Position numbers and translations under genes: made by a program. The notes beneath the pieces are model-generated. The model saw only the letters and a list, made by a program, of their open reading frames with translations, had not been told where the DNA came from and ran no database searches. This document shows, one piece after another, positions 10,056-19,991 of a stretch of 23,670 bases of DNA. Source of the DNA: Kofleriaceae bacterium (GTDB taxonomy: Bacteria > Myxococcota_A > Polyangia > Haliangiales > Haliangiaceae); assembly GCA_046597055.1 (NCBI GenBank), contig JBKJLC010000139.1:1-23670 (forward strand), in the 5' to 3' direction. The first letter of the stretch is position 1, and each line of letters starts with the position of its first letter.

Positions 10056-11348
10056 ATGCGCCGCGACGTCCTCGCGCTGGCCGTGCTCGCCGGTTGCGCC
10101 GCGCCGGCGCACGACGACATGCGCCGCCTCGCGCCACCCGCGCCCCGCGTCGATCCGGTCACCGGGCCCTGGCGCCTGACCTGGCGCGGCGCGCCGATCG
10201 GTGTGGCGTGGGAGATCGAGCAGGACGGCCGGTTCACCCGCCGCGAGCGCGTGATCGTGCGCCGCGGGGACGCGATCGTCGCGACCGAGCTCTCGATCGA
10301 GGTCGTCCGCGACGAGGCCGGCGCGCCCAGCACCATCACGGTCGCGCGCTGGGGGGACGGCCCGGCGCTCGCCGGCCGCGCCACGCGGACCGCGCGCGGC
10401 TGGGCAGTGGCGATCGAGGGCGAGGCCGCCGCCTCGCTGCCGGCGGCAGTCCCGTTCGAGCTCGCGGTGCGCGAGGCCTGGGGCCGCGGCGGGTTCCACG
10501 GCCCGGTCGTGCTCGCCGGCTGGGGCTTCGCCGTCGCCGAGCTCTCGCTGGCACCGGCCCCGACCGACCGCGCCGACCGCGCCGACCGTGCCGACGGTGC
10601 GTGGCTGGCGCAGCTCGCGGTGGGCGATCGGACCGCGACCGCCCGGATCCTCTACGACGACCGCGGCGGCGTGCTCGAGGTGATCGGCGGCGATGGCGTG
10701 GTCGCGCGCGCGGCAACGCCGGGCGATCCGCGGTGGCCGCCCGCCACGATCATCGAGGTGGTCGATGGCAACGCCCTTCGCGTCGACGGCATCGATGCCT
10801 CGGTGGCAGGTGTCCGGTTCCCGGACGCCTCGGCGCCGCCGCCTCCCGCCCTGCCCGGCCAGCGGGTTCGCGCCGCGCCCGGCGGGGGCTGGGAGGTCCG
10901 CTTCGCATCGCGCGGGACTGGCGGTGACCAGGACCCGGCGATCGCCGCGCTGGTGCGCCGGGTGGCCGACGAGGTCGCCGACGATCTCGGCGCCACCGCC
11001 ACCACCACCGGGGCCGCGCTGGCCGCGACCCGCGGCGACTGCACCACCCACGCGCTGCGCTTCGTCGCGCTGGCGGGCCCGGCCGGGATCCCGGCGCAGA
11101 TCGTCACCGGCCTGCGGCTCGACGGCGACCAGCTGGTGCGCCATCGCTGGAACCTGGCGTGGACCGGCACCCGCTGGCTCGCGGTCGACCCGACCTGGGC
11201 CGAGACCCCGGCCATCACCGTGATCGCCCTGGCGGTGCACGGCGCCCGCGCCGCCGATCTGGCCGCGGCCGACGCCATGGTGTTCGACGGCATCGGCGCG
11301 ACCGCGCAGGCGATCGGTGGGCTCGAGCGTGGCGGATCGGCCCGCTGA
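10056..11348 (+). CDS. Transglutaminase-like (Cys-His-Asp) domain lipoprotein
   Basis: MRRDVLALAVLAG-C lipobox. C-terminal GDCTTHA, RHRWNLAW and WLAVDPTW match the transglutaminase-like core triad. ATG 10056 follows a TACGAT box. Confidence 0.85.
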   Translation: MRRDVLALAVLAGCAAPAHDDMRRLAPPAPRVDPVTGPWRLTWRGAPIGVAWEIEQDGRFTRRERVIVRRGDAIVATELSIEVVRDEAGAPSTITVARWGDGPALAGRATRTARGWAVAIEGEAAASLPAAVPFELAVREAWGRGGFHGPVVLAGWGFAVAELSLAPAPTDRADRADRADGAWLAQLAVGDRTATARILYDDRGGVLEVIGGDGVVARAATPGDPRWPPATIIEVVDGNALRVDGIDASVAGVRFPDASAPPPPALPGQRVRAAPGGGWEVRFASRGTGGDQDPAIAALVRRVADEVADDLGATATTTGAALAATRGDCTTHALRFVALAGPAGIPAQIVTGLRLDGDQLVRHRWNLAWTGTRWLAVDPTWAETPAITVIALAVHGARAADLAAADAMVFDGIGATAQAIGGLERGGSAR

Positions 11349-11358
11349 GCCGCGCGGA

Positions 11359-11736
11359 TCAGGCGCTGACGAACATGAGCGGCGTCGTGAACCAGGCCGG
11401 GGTCGCCAGGCGCCGGAAGCGCATCGCGCGGAACACCCGCGCGACGCACGCTTCGACGCGCGGATGCGCCAGCGTGCGGGGTGTGACCGCGAACCGGACC
11501 TCGCTGGTGTGACCGGTGGCGGCGACCAGGAAGCGCACGACCAGCTTGCCGCGCAGCGCCGGCTCGGCGCGCAGCGCGCGGGCGTAGCAGCGACGGAGCT
11601 GGGGATCGTGGCGGCGCACGGTCTCGAACATGTGCGGCGGCAGCGCGTCCCGGCTGGCGCGGGCGGACCGCGCGCCCGCGAGGGCGACGGCAACCACCGC
11701 CGCGGCGACCACCAGGAATGCACGAGCGCGCGCCAT
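11359..11736 (-). CDS. Small exported AgmX/PglI C-terminal (TonB-C-like) domain protein
   Basis: Hydrophobic N-terminus, then LRRCYARALRAEPALRGKLVVRFLVAATG...VEACVARVFRAMRF, the two-Cys pattern typical of this myxobacterial domain. Confidence 0.8.
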   Translation of the reverse strand: MARARAFLVVAAAVVAVALAGARSARASRDALPPHMFETVRRHDPQLRRCYARALRAEPALRGKLVVRFLVAATGHTSEVRFAVTPRTLAHPRVEACVARVFRAMRFRRLATPAWFTTPLMFVSA

Positions 11737-11835
11737 GACGCCGGAACCTAGGCGGTCACCGACCGGCGCGCCAGTCCCGGGTGAGGTTTGCCAGATGCGC
11801 CGCGACCGGCGCGGCAGCCGGTCGCCGTCGCGTGA

Positions 11836-12636
11836 TCAGCGCCCGGCGCTGCGGCCGGTCCACGCCTCGTAGTCGGCGACCCGCTTGGCCAGCGCCTCGA
11901 GATCTTCGCCGGCGCGCGCGCGCTCCTCGGCCGCGACCACCAGCAGACCCATCGCAGCCTGGAGGAACCGCCCGCCGGGCAGCGCCAGGTTGGCGCCGCG
12001 CAGCGCGTACTCGCGGACCTCCTCGATGCGGAAGGCGATCGACCCCACCTGCAGGAAGCCGCCGCTGACGTGCACGGTCTCGTTGCCGACCGCGAGCGCC
12101 TTCTCGACCTCGCGCCGCGCGGTGCGGCCGCCATCGGCGCCACCGACCCCCGCGGCCAGGCGGCGCCGCGCGTCCTCGTAGACCTCGGGCCGCGTGATCG
12201 GCGCCTCGCGGGTGTACGGCGACAGCTGGTCGGCGGTGCGCTTGGCGGCATCGGGCCCGTCGGCGACATGGAGCGCGACCTCGAGGTCGCCAAGCGCGAG
12301 CAGCAGATCGCGGCTGCGCGAGCGCCGGCGCGCCTCCGCGAAGCGCTCGTAGGCGAGATATCCGAGGCCGGCGCAGGTGAAGATGTGGCCAGGCAGGATC
12401 GCCAGGGCCCCGGCCAGCGCGCCGGCGGCGGCGACGCTCGAGGTCACCGCGGCCCCGACCGGCGAGCGGCCGATCAACTCGACCCGGTCGAGCAGGCGGG
12501 CATCGAGCCGGATGATCGGGTTGCCCGGCGGTGCGATCACCAGGTCGCCGGCGTCGACCCCGATCCCGCTGCGCGGGAGCAGCCGCAGCTGCGCCCGCTG
12601 ACTGCCGTACTCGTTGGTCATCGCGCCGACGCGCAT
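11836..12636 (-). CDS. Hypothetical membrane protein (~266 aa)
   Basis: ORF with gene-like codon usage and hydrophobic segments (SVAAAGALAGALAILPGHIFTCAGLGYLAY). ATG 12636 is preceded by TGC-TACGCT, an extended -10-like element; ATG 12621 is an alternative start. Confidence 0.7.
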   Translation of the reverse strand: MRVGAMTNEYGSQRAQLRLLPRSGIGVDAGDLVIAPPGNPIIRLDARLLDRVELIGRSPVGAAVTSSVAAAGALAGALAILPGHIFTCAGLGYLAYERFAEARRRSRSRDLLLALGDLEVALHVADGPDAAKRTADQLSPYTREAPITRPEVYEDARRRLAAGVGGADGGRTARREVEKALAVGNETVHVSGGFLQVGSIAFRIEEVREYALRGANLALPGGRFLQAAMGLLVVAAEERARAGEDLEALAKRVADYEAWTGRSAGR

Positions 12637-12693
12637 CCTTCCCAGCGTAGCATGCGCTCGGCAGCGCACCTCCGACCGGCGAGGACAGGTCGG

Positions 12694-13803
12694 CTACCCG
12701 GCAATGTGGAGGATCCCGCGGTCGGCGAGCCGTGCGAGCACGACCAGCGCCTCCGCCGAGCGCACCGGCGCATTCTGGATGATGGTCAGCAGGTCCCAGC
12801 GACCATCGACCGCGTGGAGGAGGCGCCGCTCGAGGTCGGTCAGCCCGACGCCCTCCAGCTCGTTGGGCCCGCGCCGGACCACCGGCACCGGCGCCGCGCC
12901 ATCCGCGCGCACCAGCAGCGTGCGCGCCAGGATCGCGACCCGGGCCCGCTCGATCCGCTGATAGACCGCACGGACCGGGGCGTGATCGGGCGCGGCCGCG
13001 TAGGCCTGGGCCGCGGCATGGAGCGCGTGGTCCCACGCCCCGGCGGCGGCGTGACGCTCGGCCTCGGCCACCAGCTCGGCCGGCGTCGGCGGCACCTCGG
13101 ACTCGGGCGCGCGCTCGAGCACGCCAGCCGCGACCAGCTCGGCCAGCCGGTCGAGCACGGCGAAGCGCTCACCGCCGAGCGCGGCGACCAGCGAGCGCAC
13201 GCCCAGCCCGGCGACGCACGCGGCCAGCAGGCGGGCGTCATCGATCGGCGCCAGCGGCGGACCGGCCGCGGCGGGATCGGTGTGGTCGACATGTCGGAAG
13301 CCGGTGTCGTCGTCCGGAATCAGCGCGCGGATCGCCGGCCACCGCCCGGCCCGCCGCGCCGCGGTCGCGAGCGCGTCGGAGATCGCGACCACCGCCCGCA
13401 CGCCGGTCGGGATCGGCAGCGCGACCGAGTCGAAGTCGAACATGCCCTCCTTCCACACAAGGACGTCGCACAGCGCCTCGCGGATCTTGACCAGGAGCGC
13501 CGCGCGCAGCGACTCCGGCGCGAGCGCACCGTGCTCGACCAGCCGGGTCCCGATCGGTGCGCCGGTGCCATCGGCCATCGACGCGGCCAGCGCTTCGTCG
13601 TCGATCGTCCCGGCCCCGCGCAAGATTCGCCCGAGCTGCTCGGTCGGCTCGGTCGAGCTCGCCCACACCACCGCACCTGTATCCAGCGTGAAGGTGCGGG
13701 TCAGGCCATCGCCATCGAGGACCAGCCGGCCGCTGACGCGACGCCGCTCTGCCCATTCGAGCAGGTCGGTCACCGCCATGGTGGCGAAGGTGCCCCGCAA
13801 CAT
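12694..13803 (-). CDS. DUF4388 (PatA-N-like) domain protein
   Basis: N-terminus MLRGTFATMAVTDLLEWAERRRVSGRLVL...GAVVWASS...LGRIL...IGTRLVEHG...LVWKEGMFDF. Followed by a TPR-like segment and a C-terminal winged-helix-like segment (LLHAVDGRWDLLTII). Confidence 0.8.
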   Translation of the reverse strand: MLRGTFATMAVTDLLEWAERRRVSGRLVLDGDGLTRTFTLDTGAVVWASSTEPTEQLGRILRGAGTIDDEALAASMADGTGAPIGTRLVEHGALAPESLRAALLVKIREALCDVLVWKEGMFDFDSVALPIPTGVRAVVAISDALATAARRAGRWPAIRALIPDDDTGFRHVDHTDPAAAGPPLAPIDDARLLAACVAGLGVRSLVAALGGERFAVLDRLAELVAAGVLERAPESEVPPTPAELVAEAERHAAAGAWDHALHAAAQAYAAAPDHAPVRAVYQRIERARVAILARTLLVRADGAAPVPVVRRGPNELEGVGLTDLERRLLHAVDGRWDLLTIIQNAPVRSAEALVVLARLADRGILHIAG

Positions 13804-13882
13804 GGTTCCACCGTAGACGGGGACCGCGCCGCCGTCGAGACCGCCGGTGCGATGTGGAGGCGGATCGAGTAAGCTGACCGCC

Positions 13883-14542
13883 ATGAGCCCGCCCCCCTCG
13901 GCCGCCCCCGGCCCGCGGTCCCCCGAGCCCGGTGGCGCGCCGCTGATCGATGTGCGCCGGGTCCTGGCCGGCGCCGGCGCGGTCGCGGTCGCGATCGCGA
14001 TCGGCGTGCTGTTCATCTGGATGACCCCCAAGGCGGCCGCCCGCGAGGTCAAGGCCTCCTGCGACGCCCTGCGCGCCTCGCCGTCGAACCCGGCGCTCGG
14101 CAACCTGCCCGTGCTCGCACCCGACTTCACCGCGCAGTCCCACGACGGCAAGCCGGTGAAGCTGTCCGACTACCGCGGCAAGGTCGTCGTCCTCAACTTC
14201 TGGGCTTCGTGGTGCAACGTCTGCAAGGCGGAGAAGCCGTCGCTGTCGAGCATGACCGGCGACCTGAGCCAGGACAACTTCGCGGTGGTGAGCCTGGCGT
14301 CGGACCGCAACTGGGACGACGTCAAGAAGACCCTGCCGGGCGGCGCGCCGTTCCAGGTGCTGCTCGATCCGCCCGCCGACGACGGCAACATCGGCGCGAT
14401 CGCGTCCGCGTGGGGCATCAAGGCGGTCCCCGAGTCCTTCATCATCGACAAGCAGGGCCGGATCCGCATGTACCTGGTCAACAAGCGCGACTGGGACTCG
14501 GCGGTGGCCGAGACCTGCCTGCAGGCCCTGGTCGACGAGTGA
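13883..14542 (+). CDS. Membrane-anchored TlpA/ResA-like thiol:disulfide oxidoreductase
   Basis: N-terminal TM anchor; APDFT, LSDYRGKVVVLNFWASWCNVCKAEKP (CxxC), and cis-Pro loop VPESFIIDKQG. Confidence 0.92.
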   Translation: MSPPPSAAPGPRSPEPGGAPLIDVRRVLAGAGAVAVAIAIGVLFIWMTPKAAAREVKASCDALRASPSNPALGNLPVLAPDFTAQSHDGKPVKLSDYRGKVVVLNFWASWCNVCKAEKPSLSSMTGDLSQDNFAVVSLASDRNWDDVKKTLPGGAPFQVLLDPPADDGNIGAIASAWGIKAVPESFIIDKQGRIRMYLVNKRDWDSAVAETCLQALVDE

Positions 14543-14596
14543 CCGGGCTCGACCGCAGCGCGGGCACCCGCGTCGCGGGCTGACCCCCGAGCAGCC

Positions 14597-14967
14597 ATGG
14601 CCCGCATCCTGGTGGTCGACGACGAGCCCGACATCGTCCGGCTGGTCGTCACGATCCTCGAGGCGCGCGGCCACGTCGTGACCGTCGGCCGGGACGGCGA
14701 GGAGGCGCTGGCCCGGGTCCGGGCCGATCCGCCGGACGTGCTCGTGATCGACTTCAACCTGCCCGGCCTCGACGGGCTCGAGGTCTGCCGCCGGCTCAAG
14801 GCCGACCCGACCACCCGCGCGGTGCCGATCCTGATGATGTGCGCCACTTACGTCAGCCTGACCGACGCCGCCCACGGCGCCGAGCACCTCGGCCCCGACG
14901 AGTACGTGATCAAGCCGTTCGTGCGCGAGGTCGTCATCAACAACGTCGAACGGCTGCTGCGGCCCCG

Positions 14968-14971
<4 letters not shown>
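14597..14971 (+). CDS. Single-domain response regulator (REC)
   Basis: ILVVDDE acidic pocket, phospho-acceptor VIDFNLPGLDG and conserved KPF; no output domain. Confidence 0.93.
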
Positions 14972-15972
<1,001 letters not shown>

Positions 15973-16002
15973 CGACGTCCTGAGGTAAGCTGGAACCGAC
16001 GA

Positions 16003-17100
16003 ATGCAAGCCCGTTACACCATCCTCGAGCGCCTGGGCGGCGGTGGCCAGGCCGAGGTCTTCAAAGGCGTCGCCGAGTCGATCCAGGGCTTCAAGAAGCC
16101 GGTCGCGATCAAGCGCGTCTTGCCGAACCTGACGAGCAACAACAAGTTCGTCGCGATGTTCCTCGACGAGGCGCGGCTGTCGCTGTTCCTCCAGCACGCG
16201 AACATCGTGCAGGTCTTCGACATCTCCAAGGCGCCCGACGGCACCTACTTCCTGGTGATGGAGTTCGTCGACGGCCTCGATCTCAAGCTGCTGATCGAGC
16301 GCACCACGCTCAAGAAGAAGCAGCTCGAGCTGCCGCACACGATCCAGGTGATCCTCGAGTGCTGCAAGGCGCTCCACTACGCGCACACGCTCGAGCACCC
16401 CGAGACCGGCGCGCCTTTGCACATCGTCCACCGCGACGTCTCGCCGCCCAACATCATGCTGTCGAAGAACGGCGAGGTGAAGGTCGTCGACTTCGGCCTG
16501 GCCAAGGCCAACAGCCAGGCCGAGATCACCGACCCCGGCGTGGTGAAGGGCAAGTTCGCCTATCTGTCGCCCGAGGCCGCCTACGGCCAGGAGATCGACC
16601 ACCGCACCGACGTCTTCGCGCTCGGCATCCTGCTGTGGGAGATGTTCACCGGGCGCCGGCTGTTCTACGCTGACACCCCGCTCGAGACGGTCGAGCTGGT
16701 GCGCCAGGCCCGGGTCCCGTCGATCACCGCGCAGAACCCGAACGTTTCGGCCGAACTCGAGGGCATCGTTCGGCGCGCGCTCGCCCGCGATCCCGAGGAG
16801 CGCTTCCAGAGCGCGGCCGACCTCGGTGACACGCTCGCGCAGTACCAGTTCGCCAACGGCATGAAGGTCACCTCGCGCGACATCGCGACCCTGGTCCGCG
16901 AGACCAAGGCCGAGGTCGCCCGCGACAAGAAGGCCGTGCCGCAGACGTCGCTGATCGACGCGCTCATCCACGACGAGCTGGCCCGGCTGACCTCGGTGCT
17001 CGCCGAGCCCGCCGACGCCCCGCCGACCGGCGCGACCGCGCTGTCTCCGACCGACCTGGTCGACGTCGGCGGCTGGGCCAACGACCTCGACGACGACTGA
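16003..17100 (+). CDS. Cytoplasmic Hanks-type Ser/Thr protein kinase
   Basis: LGGGGQAEV, VAIKR, HRDVSPPN, VDFGLAK, KGKFAYLSPE, DVFALG; no TM segment. Confidence 0.96.
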   Translation: MQARYTILERLGGGGQAEVFKGVAESIQGFKKPVAIKRVLPNLTSNNKFVAMFLDEARLSLFLQHANIVQVFDISKAPDGTYFLVMEFVDGLDLKLLIERTTLKKKQLELPHTIQVILECCKALHYAHTLEHPETGAPLHIVHRDVSPPNIMLSKNGEVKVVDFGLAKANSQAEITDPGVVKGKFAYLSPEAAYGQEIDHRTDVFALGILLWEMFTGRRLFYADTPLETVELVRQARVPSITAQNPNVSAELEGIVRRALARDPEERFQSAADLGDTLAQYQFANGMKVTSRDIATLVRETKAEVARDKKAVPQTSLIDALIHDELARLTSVLAEPADAPPTGATALSPTDLVDVGGWANDLDDD

Positions 17101-17136
17101 CGGCGCACCCGCGCGCAGCGCCCGACGCCCGCGCGG

Positions 17137-18840
17137 TCAGGGCGCGTACTTGATCGGTCGACCCGCGACGCGCGTGGTCGCGTTCCCGCCCGGATCGCGC
17201 ACGGTGCCGCGCAGGCAGTAGTAGACCGACGTCCGCGGCGGCGCCGGCGCCGGCATCCCCATCCACACGTAGCTGCCCGCGGTCACCGTGGCCGGCAGCG
17301 CGATCCAGCCGGTGAGCGTGGCATCGCAGCGCGCGGTCTGGTCGGCGGTGGCGGTCAGTGGCGCGTACTCGATGGCCCCGGTCAGGGTCAGGCCCTCGGG
17401 GTCCGCGGTGGTCCACGCCAGCGTCACGGTGCCGGTCGTGGTGCGCGTGATCGCGCTGTCGTTGGGCGTGGTCCACACGAACGTCGGGGCCGCGTCGGTC
17501 GGGGCGCCGCCGCGAGGCGCCCCCCCGACGATCCACTCGCCGACCATGGTCCGCTGGGTGGGGCTCGGCTTCTGCGCGGACGCCGGCGGCATGTTCTGGA
17601 GCGACACCAGGCGCTGGTAGACCTGCGCGCGCTGCTCGTAGACGCCGAGGTCGGTGTCGCCCGGGAATGCGGGATCGGTCACGTCGTACTTGTCGAGCCG
17701 GAAGTTGTCGAGCGCCATCGTGCGGGCCATGTCGCCGTGACACTCCGTGCAGTACTGGACGAAGACCGGCTTGACGTCGTCCCAGGTCAGGCTGGTCGGC
17801 ACCATCGCCGGCGCGATCGTGAAGGTCGCGTCGGACTCGTCGCTGCGCGTGTTGCGGGCGGCGGTGTCGGTCGCGGTCACCCGGACCCGGTACTCGATCG
17901 CGCCCGCGCCGTCGCTGGCCGGCACCCCCGTCGGATCCCACGCGAAGCTCGCGACGTCACGCAGCCCGCGGGCCAGGTTGCGGTCGACCGTCCCGGTGCC
18001 GTCGGTCGCGACCCGGATCAGGTCGAGCTCGATGGTGAGGATCTCGTCGCCGACGTCGGGGTCGGTCGCGCTCCACGCGATCGTGGTCTCGCCGAGCACG
18101 GTCTCGCCGCCGTTGGGCGCGAGCAGGCGGACCGTCGGCGCGGTCCCGCGCACCCCGTGGTCGACCCGGAGCGCCGGGACCAGCACGACCTCGTGCTGGT
18201 TGCCGGTGGGGTCCTCGGCGAAGCCATCGTCGACCACCGCGTAGACCTCGACGTCGCGCCCCGAGGCGAGCTGGCCGGTGTCGACCAAGACCTCGCCCAG
18301 CCCGCCGCCGAGCCCGCCGGCGACCGGATAGGTGTCGCCGGTGGTGGTGTCGCGCACGCCGATCGCGACCGCGAGCGCGTCGCCGTCGAGGTCCTGGGCC
18401 AGCACGGTCAGCGCGAGCTCCTGATCGACCTGGGCCGGCACCGGGGTCGGCGCCACCAGCGTCGCGGTCGGGACCTGGTTGCCGCGGTCGCCGCGGGGCG
18501 CGCCGCTCGCGATCCAGCGGGCCAGGATCTCGCGCTGGCGCGCGGGCAAGGCGTAGTCGAGCGGCATGGTGCGGTCCTCGACCGCCCGGATCTGGATCGC
18601 GGCCAGGGCATCGAACACGTCGGTGGTCACCGGGTCGAGGTCGCCGGGCACGAAGCGATCGAGCCGGACCCCGACCGGCGCCGCCGGCCACGGCGTGGCG
18701 CCATGACAGCGCGCGCAGTTCGCGATCAGGATCGGCTGGACGTCGGCGAACCAGGTCGGCGCGTCGGGCGCCGGCTCGGCGCAACCCGCGGCAGACGTCG
18801 CCAGGATGGCGGCCAGCACGAGGAGGTTCGATCGGATCAT
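17137..18840 (-). CDS. Di-heme c-type cytochrome lipoprotein with Ig-like spacer domains
   Basis: Lipobox SAAG-C. CARCH at 18703-18717 and CTECH at 17737-17751, each in a module TW..V.P....CxxCHG...MP...WI..GAP. Beta-rich Ig-like segments (APTVRLLAPNGGE..IAWSATDPD; VTLAWTTADPEG). Start 18840 (GAGG upstream) or 18852 (ATGA overlap). Confidence 0.8.
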   Translation of the reverse strand: MIRSNLLVLAAILATSAAGCAEPAPDAPTWFADVQPILIANCARCHGATPWPAAPVGVRLDRFVPGDLDPVTTDVFDALAAIQIRAVEDRTMPLDYALPARQREILARWIASGAPRGDRGNQVPTATLVAPTPVPAQVDQELALTVLAQDLDGDALAVAIGVRDTTTGDTYPVAGGLGGGLGEVLVDTGQLASGRDVEVYAVVDDGFAEDPTGNQHEVVLVPALRVDHGVRGTAPTVRLLAPNGGETVLGETTIAWSATDPDVGDEILTIELDLIRVATDGTGTVDRNLARGLRDVASFAWDPTGVPASDGAGAIEYRVRVTATDTAARNTRSDESDATFTIAPAMVPTSLTWDDVKPVFVQYCTECHGDMARTMALDNFRLDKYDVTDPAFPGDTDLGVYEQRAQVYQRLVSLQNMPPASAQKPSPTQRTMVGEWIVGGAPRGGAPTDAAPTFVWTTPNDSAITRTTTGTVTLAWTTADPEGLTLTGAIEYAPLTATADQTARCDATLTGWIALPATVTAGSYVWMGMPAPAPPRTSVYYCLRGTVRDPGGNATTRVAGRPIKYAP

Positions 18841-18848
18841 GGGGAACC

Positions 18849-19991
18849 TCATGGGAAGTAGTGGAGCTGGAGCATCGCCATGGTCGCGTGGTCCTCGGTG
18901 CCGATCCGCTGGTAGCGGGCCGACGCGCTCACCTCGACGTGCGCCCACGGCAGCACCGCGACCGTGGTCGAGCCGGCGTAGCGGTTGGCGGCCGGCAGCC
19001 GGGCGTCCTCGGCGTGAGCCTCGGCGGCGACCGACACGCTGACCCCGCGGGTCGCCAGCCAGGTCGGCCCCGCATAGGCGGTCACGGTGGGCCGGCCCTC
19101 GCCGGCCTCGGCGAACCGCTGCCAGCCGCCGTCGAGCTCGGCGAGCAGGACGACTGACGGTGCGGCCAGCCAGGTCGCCGACACCCCCACGAGCGCACGC
19201 TGCTCGTGCTCGCCGGCGGTGATCCTTGCCGAGCCGCGCAGCGCGCGACCGGTCCCGCGCTGCTCGTACATCACGGCGGCACCCGCGGCGGGCGCCACGC
19301 TCCACTGGATCGGATCGGACATGAACGCGGTGACGTGGAGGTCGGACCCGTCGGTCAGCACCGCCAGGCCGACGCCGTAGGTCTCCTCGTACAGTCCGTA
19401 GCCGGGGTACCGGCGCACGTACGCGGTGTGATCGGCCAGCCGCAGCCCGAACGGCGCGGCGAACCGACCGGCCCGGACCTGCCAGGTGGCCGCTTCCGGC
19501 TGGTAGGTCACGAAGTGCTCGCGCGAGAACACGGCGGCACCGCGGACCACCGCGGCGTCATCACCGTCGGTGCGATCGGCGGCGGCGCGGGCGGTGCCGC
19601 GCAGGCCGAGGATCACGGTCGCCGACCAGCCGGCCGCGCCGACCCGGGCCGCCGCCTCGAGCTGCATCGGAAACACCGCGACCTCGGCGCCGTCGTCGGC
19701 GCCGGTCTCGTTGATTAACCCGGCCAGGCGCACGTCGCCGCCGAGCGCGAGCCAGCCCGGCAGGTCGAGGCCGTGCAGGAAGCGTCCGTCGCCGCCACGG
19801 CTGAGGGTGTCGCCGAGCTCGCCGCGGCCCCACTCGGTCAGCAAGCCGCCGCCGGCCGTGGCCAGGTGGCACTCGCTGCAGCGATCGGTGCCGCTCGAGA
19901 ACTGGTAGTGCGGATAGGCGGCGGCCTCACCGGCGCTGATCGCGAGCATCACCGCCACGGTGGTGAGCGCGAGGACGCTCGGGCGACTCAT
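18849..19991 (-). CDS. Fused mono-heme cytochrome c / outer-membrane beta-barrel (Cyc2-like architecture)
   Basis: Signal peptide ending EAAA-Y. CSECH (19866-19880) lies ~12 residues into the mature protein, followed by GGGLLTEWGR. The rest is amphipathic beta-strands with porin-like VRAGRFAAPFGLR and C-terminal MLQLHYFP. Confidence 0.75.
   Translation of the reverse strand: MSRPSVLALTTVAVMLAISAGEAAAYPHYQFSSGTDRCSECHLATAGGGLLTEWGRGELGDTLSRGGDGRFLHGLDLPGWLALGGDVRLAGLINETGADDGAEVAVFPMQLEAAARVGAAGWSATVILGLRGTARAAADRTDGDDAAVVRGAAVFSREHFVTYQPEAATWQVRAGRFAAPFGLRLADHTAYVRRYPGYGLYEETYGVGLAVLTDGSDLHVTAFMSDPIQWSVAPAAGAAVMYEQRGTGRALRGSARITAGEHEQRALVGVSATWLAAPSVVLLAELDGGWQRFAEAGEGRPTVTAYAGPTWLATRGVSVSVAAEAHAEDARLPAANRYAGSTTVAVLPWAHVEVSASARYQRIGTEDHATMAMLQLHYFP

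Noticed and set aside
9808..10179. 123-aa ORF in the intergenic gap
   Set aside because: No SD or -10 box, atypical codon usage, and an out-of-frame overlap with the transglutaminase-like gene. It cannot be supported, though a remnant is not excluded.
10559..10597. 9-bp repeat (GCCGACCGC-like, DRADRADRAD)
   Set aside because: Short in-frame slippage in a loop with no evidence of separate function.
7299..11723. 1474-aa minus-strand ORF
   Set aside because: Antisense shadow of three well-supported plus-strand genes. It is Arg/Ala/Pro-rich with no motifs; long shadow ORFs are expected at this GC content.
17101..17136. Intrinsic terminator between the convergent kinase and cytochrome genes
   Set aside because: No convincing stem with a U-tract on either strand.
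18849..19991. Assigning the gene symbol cyc2 or asserting iron oxidation
   Set aside because: The architecture matches but the PxFAR-type motif is absent and no HMM or phylogeny could be run; function remains a hypothesis.
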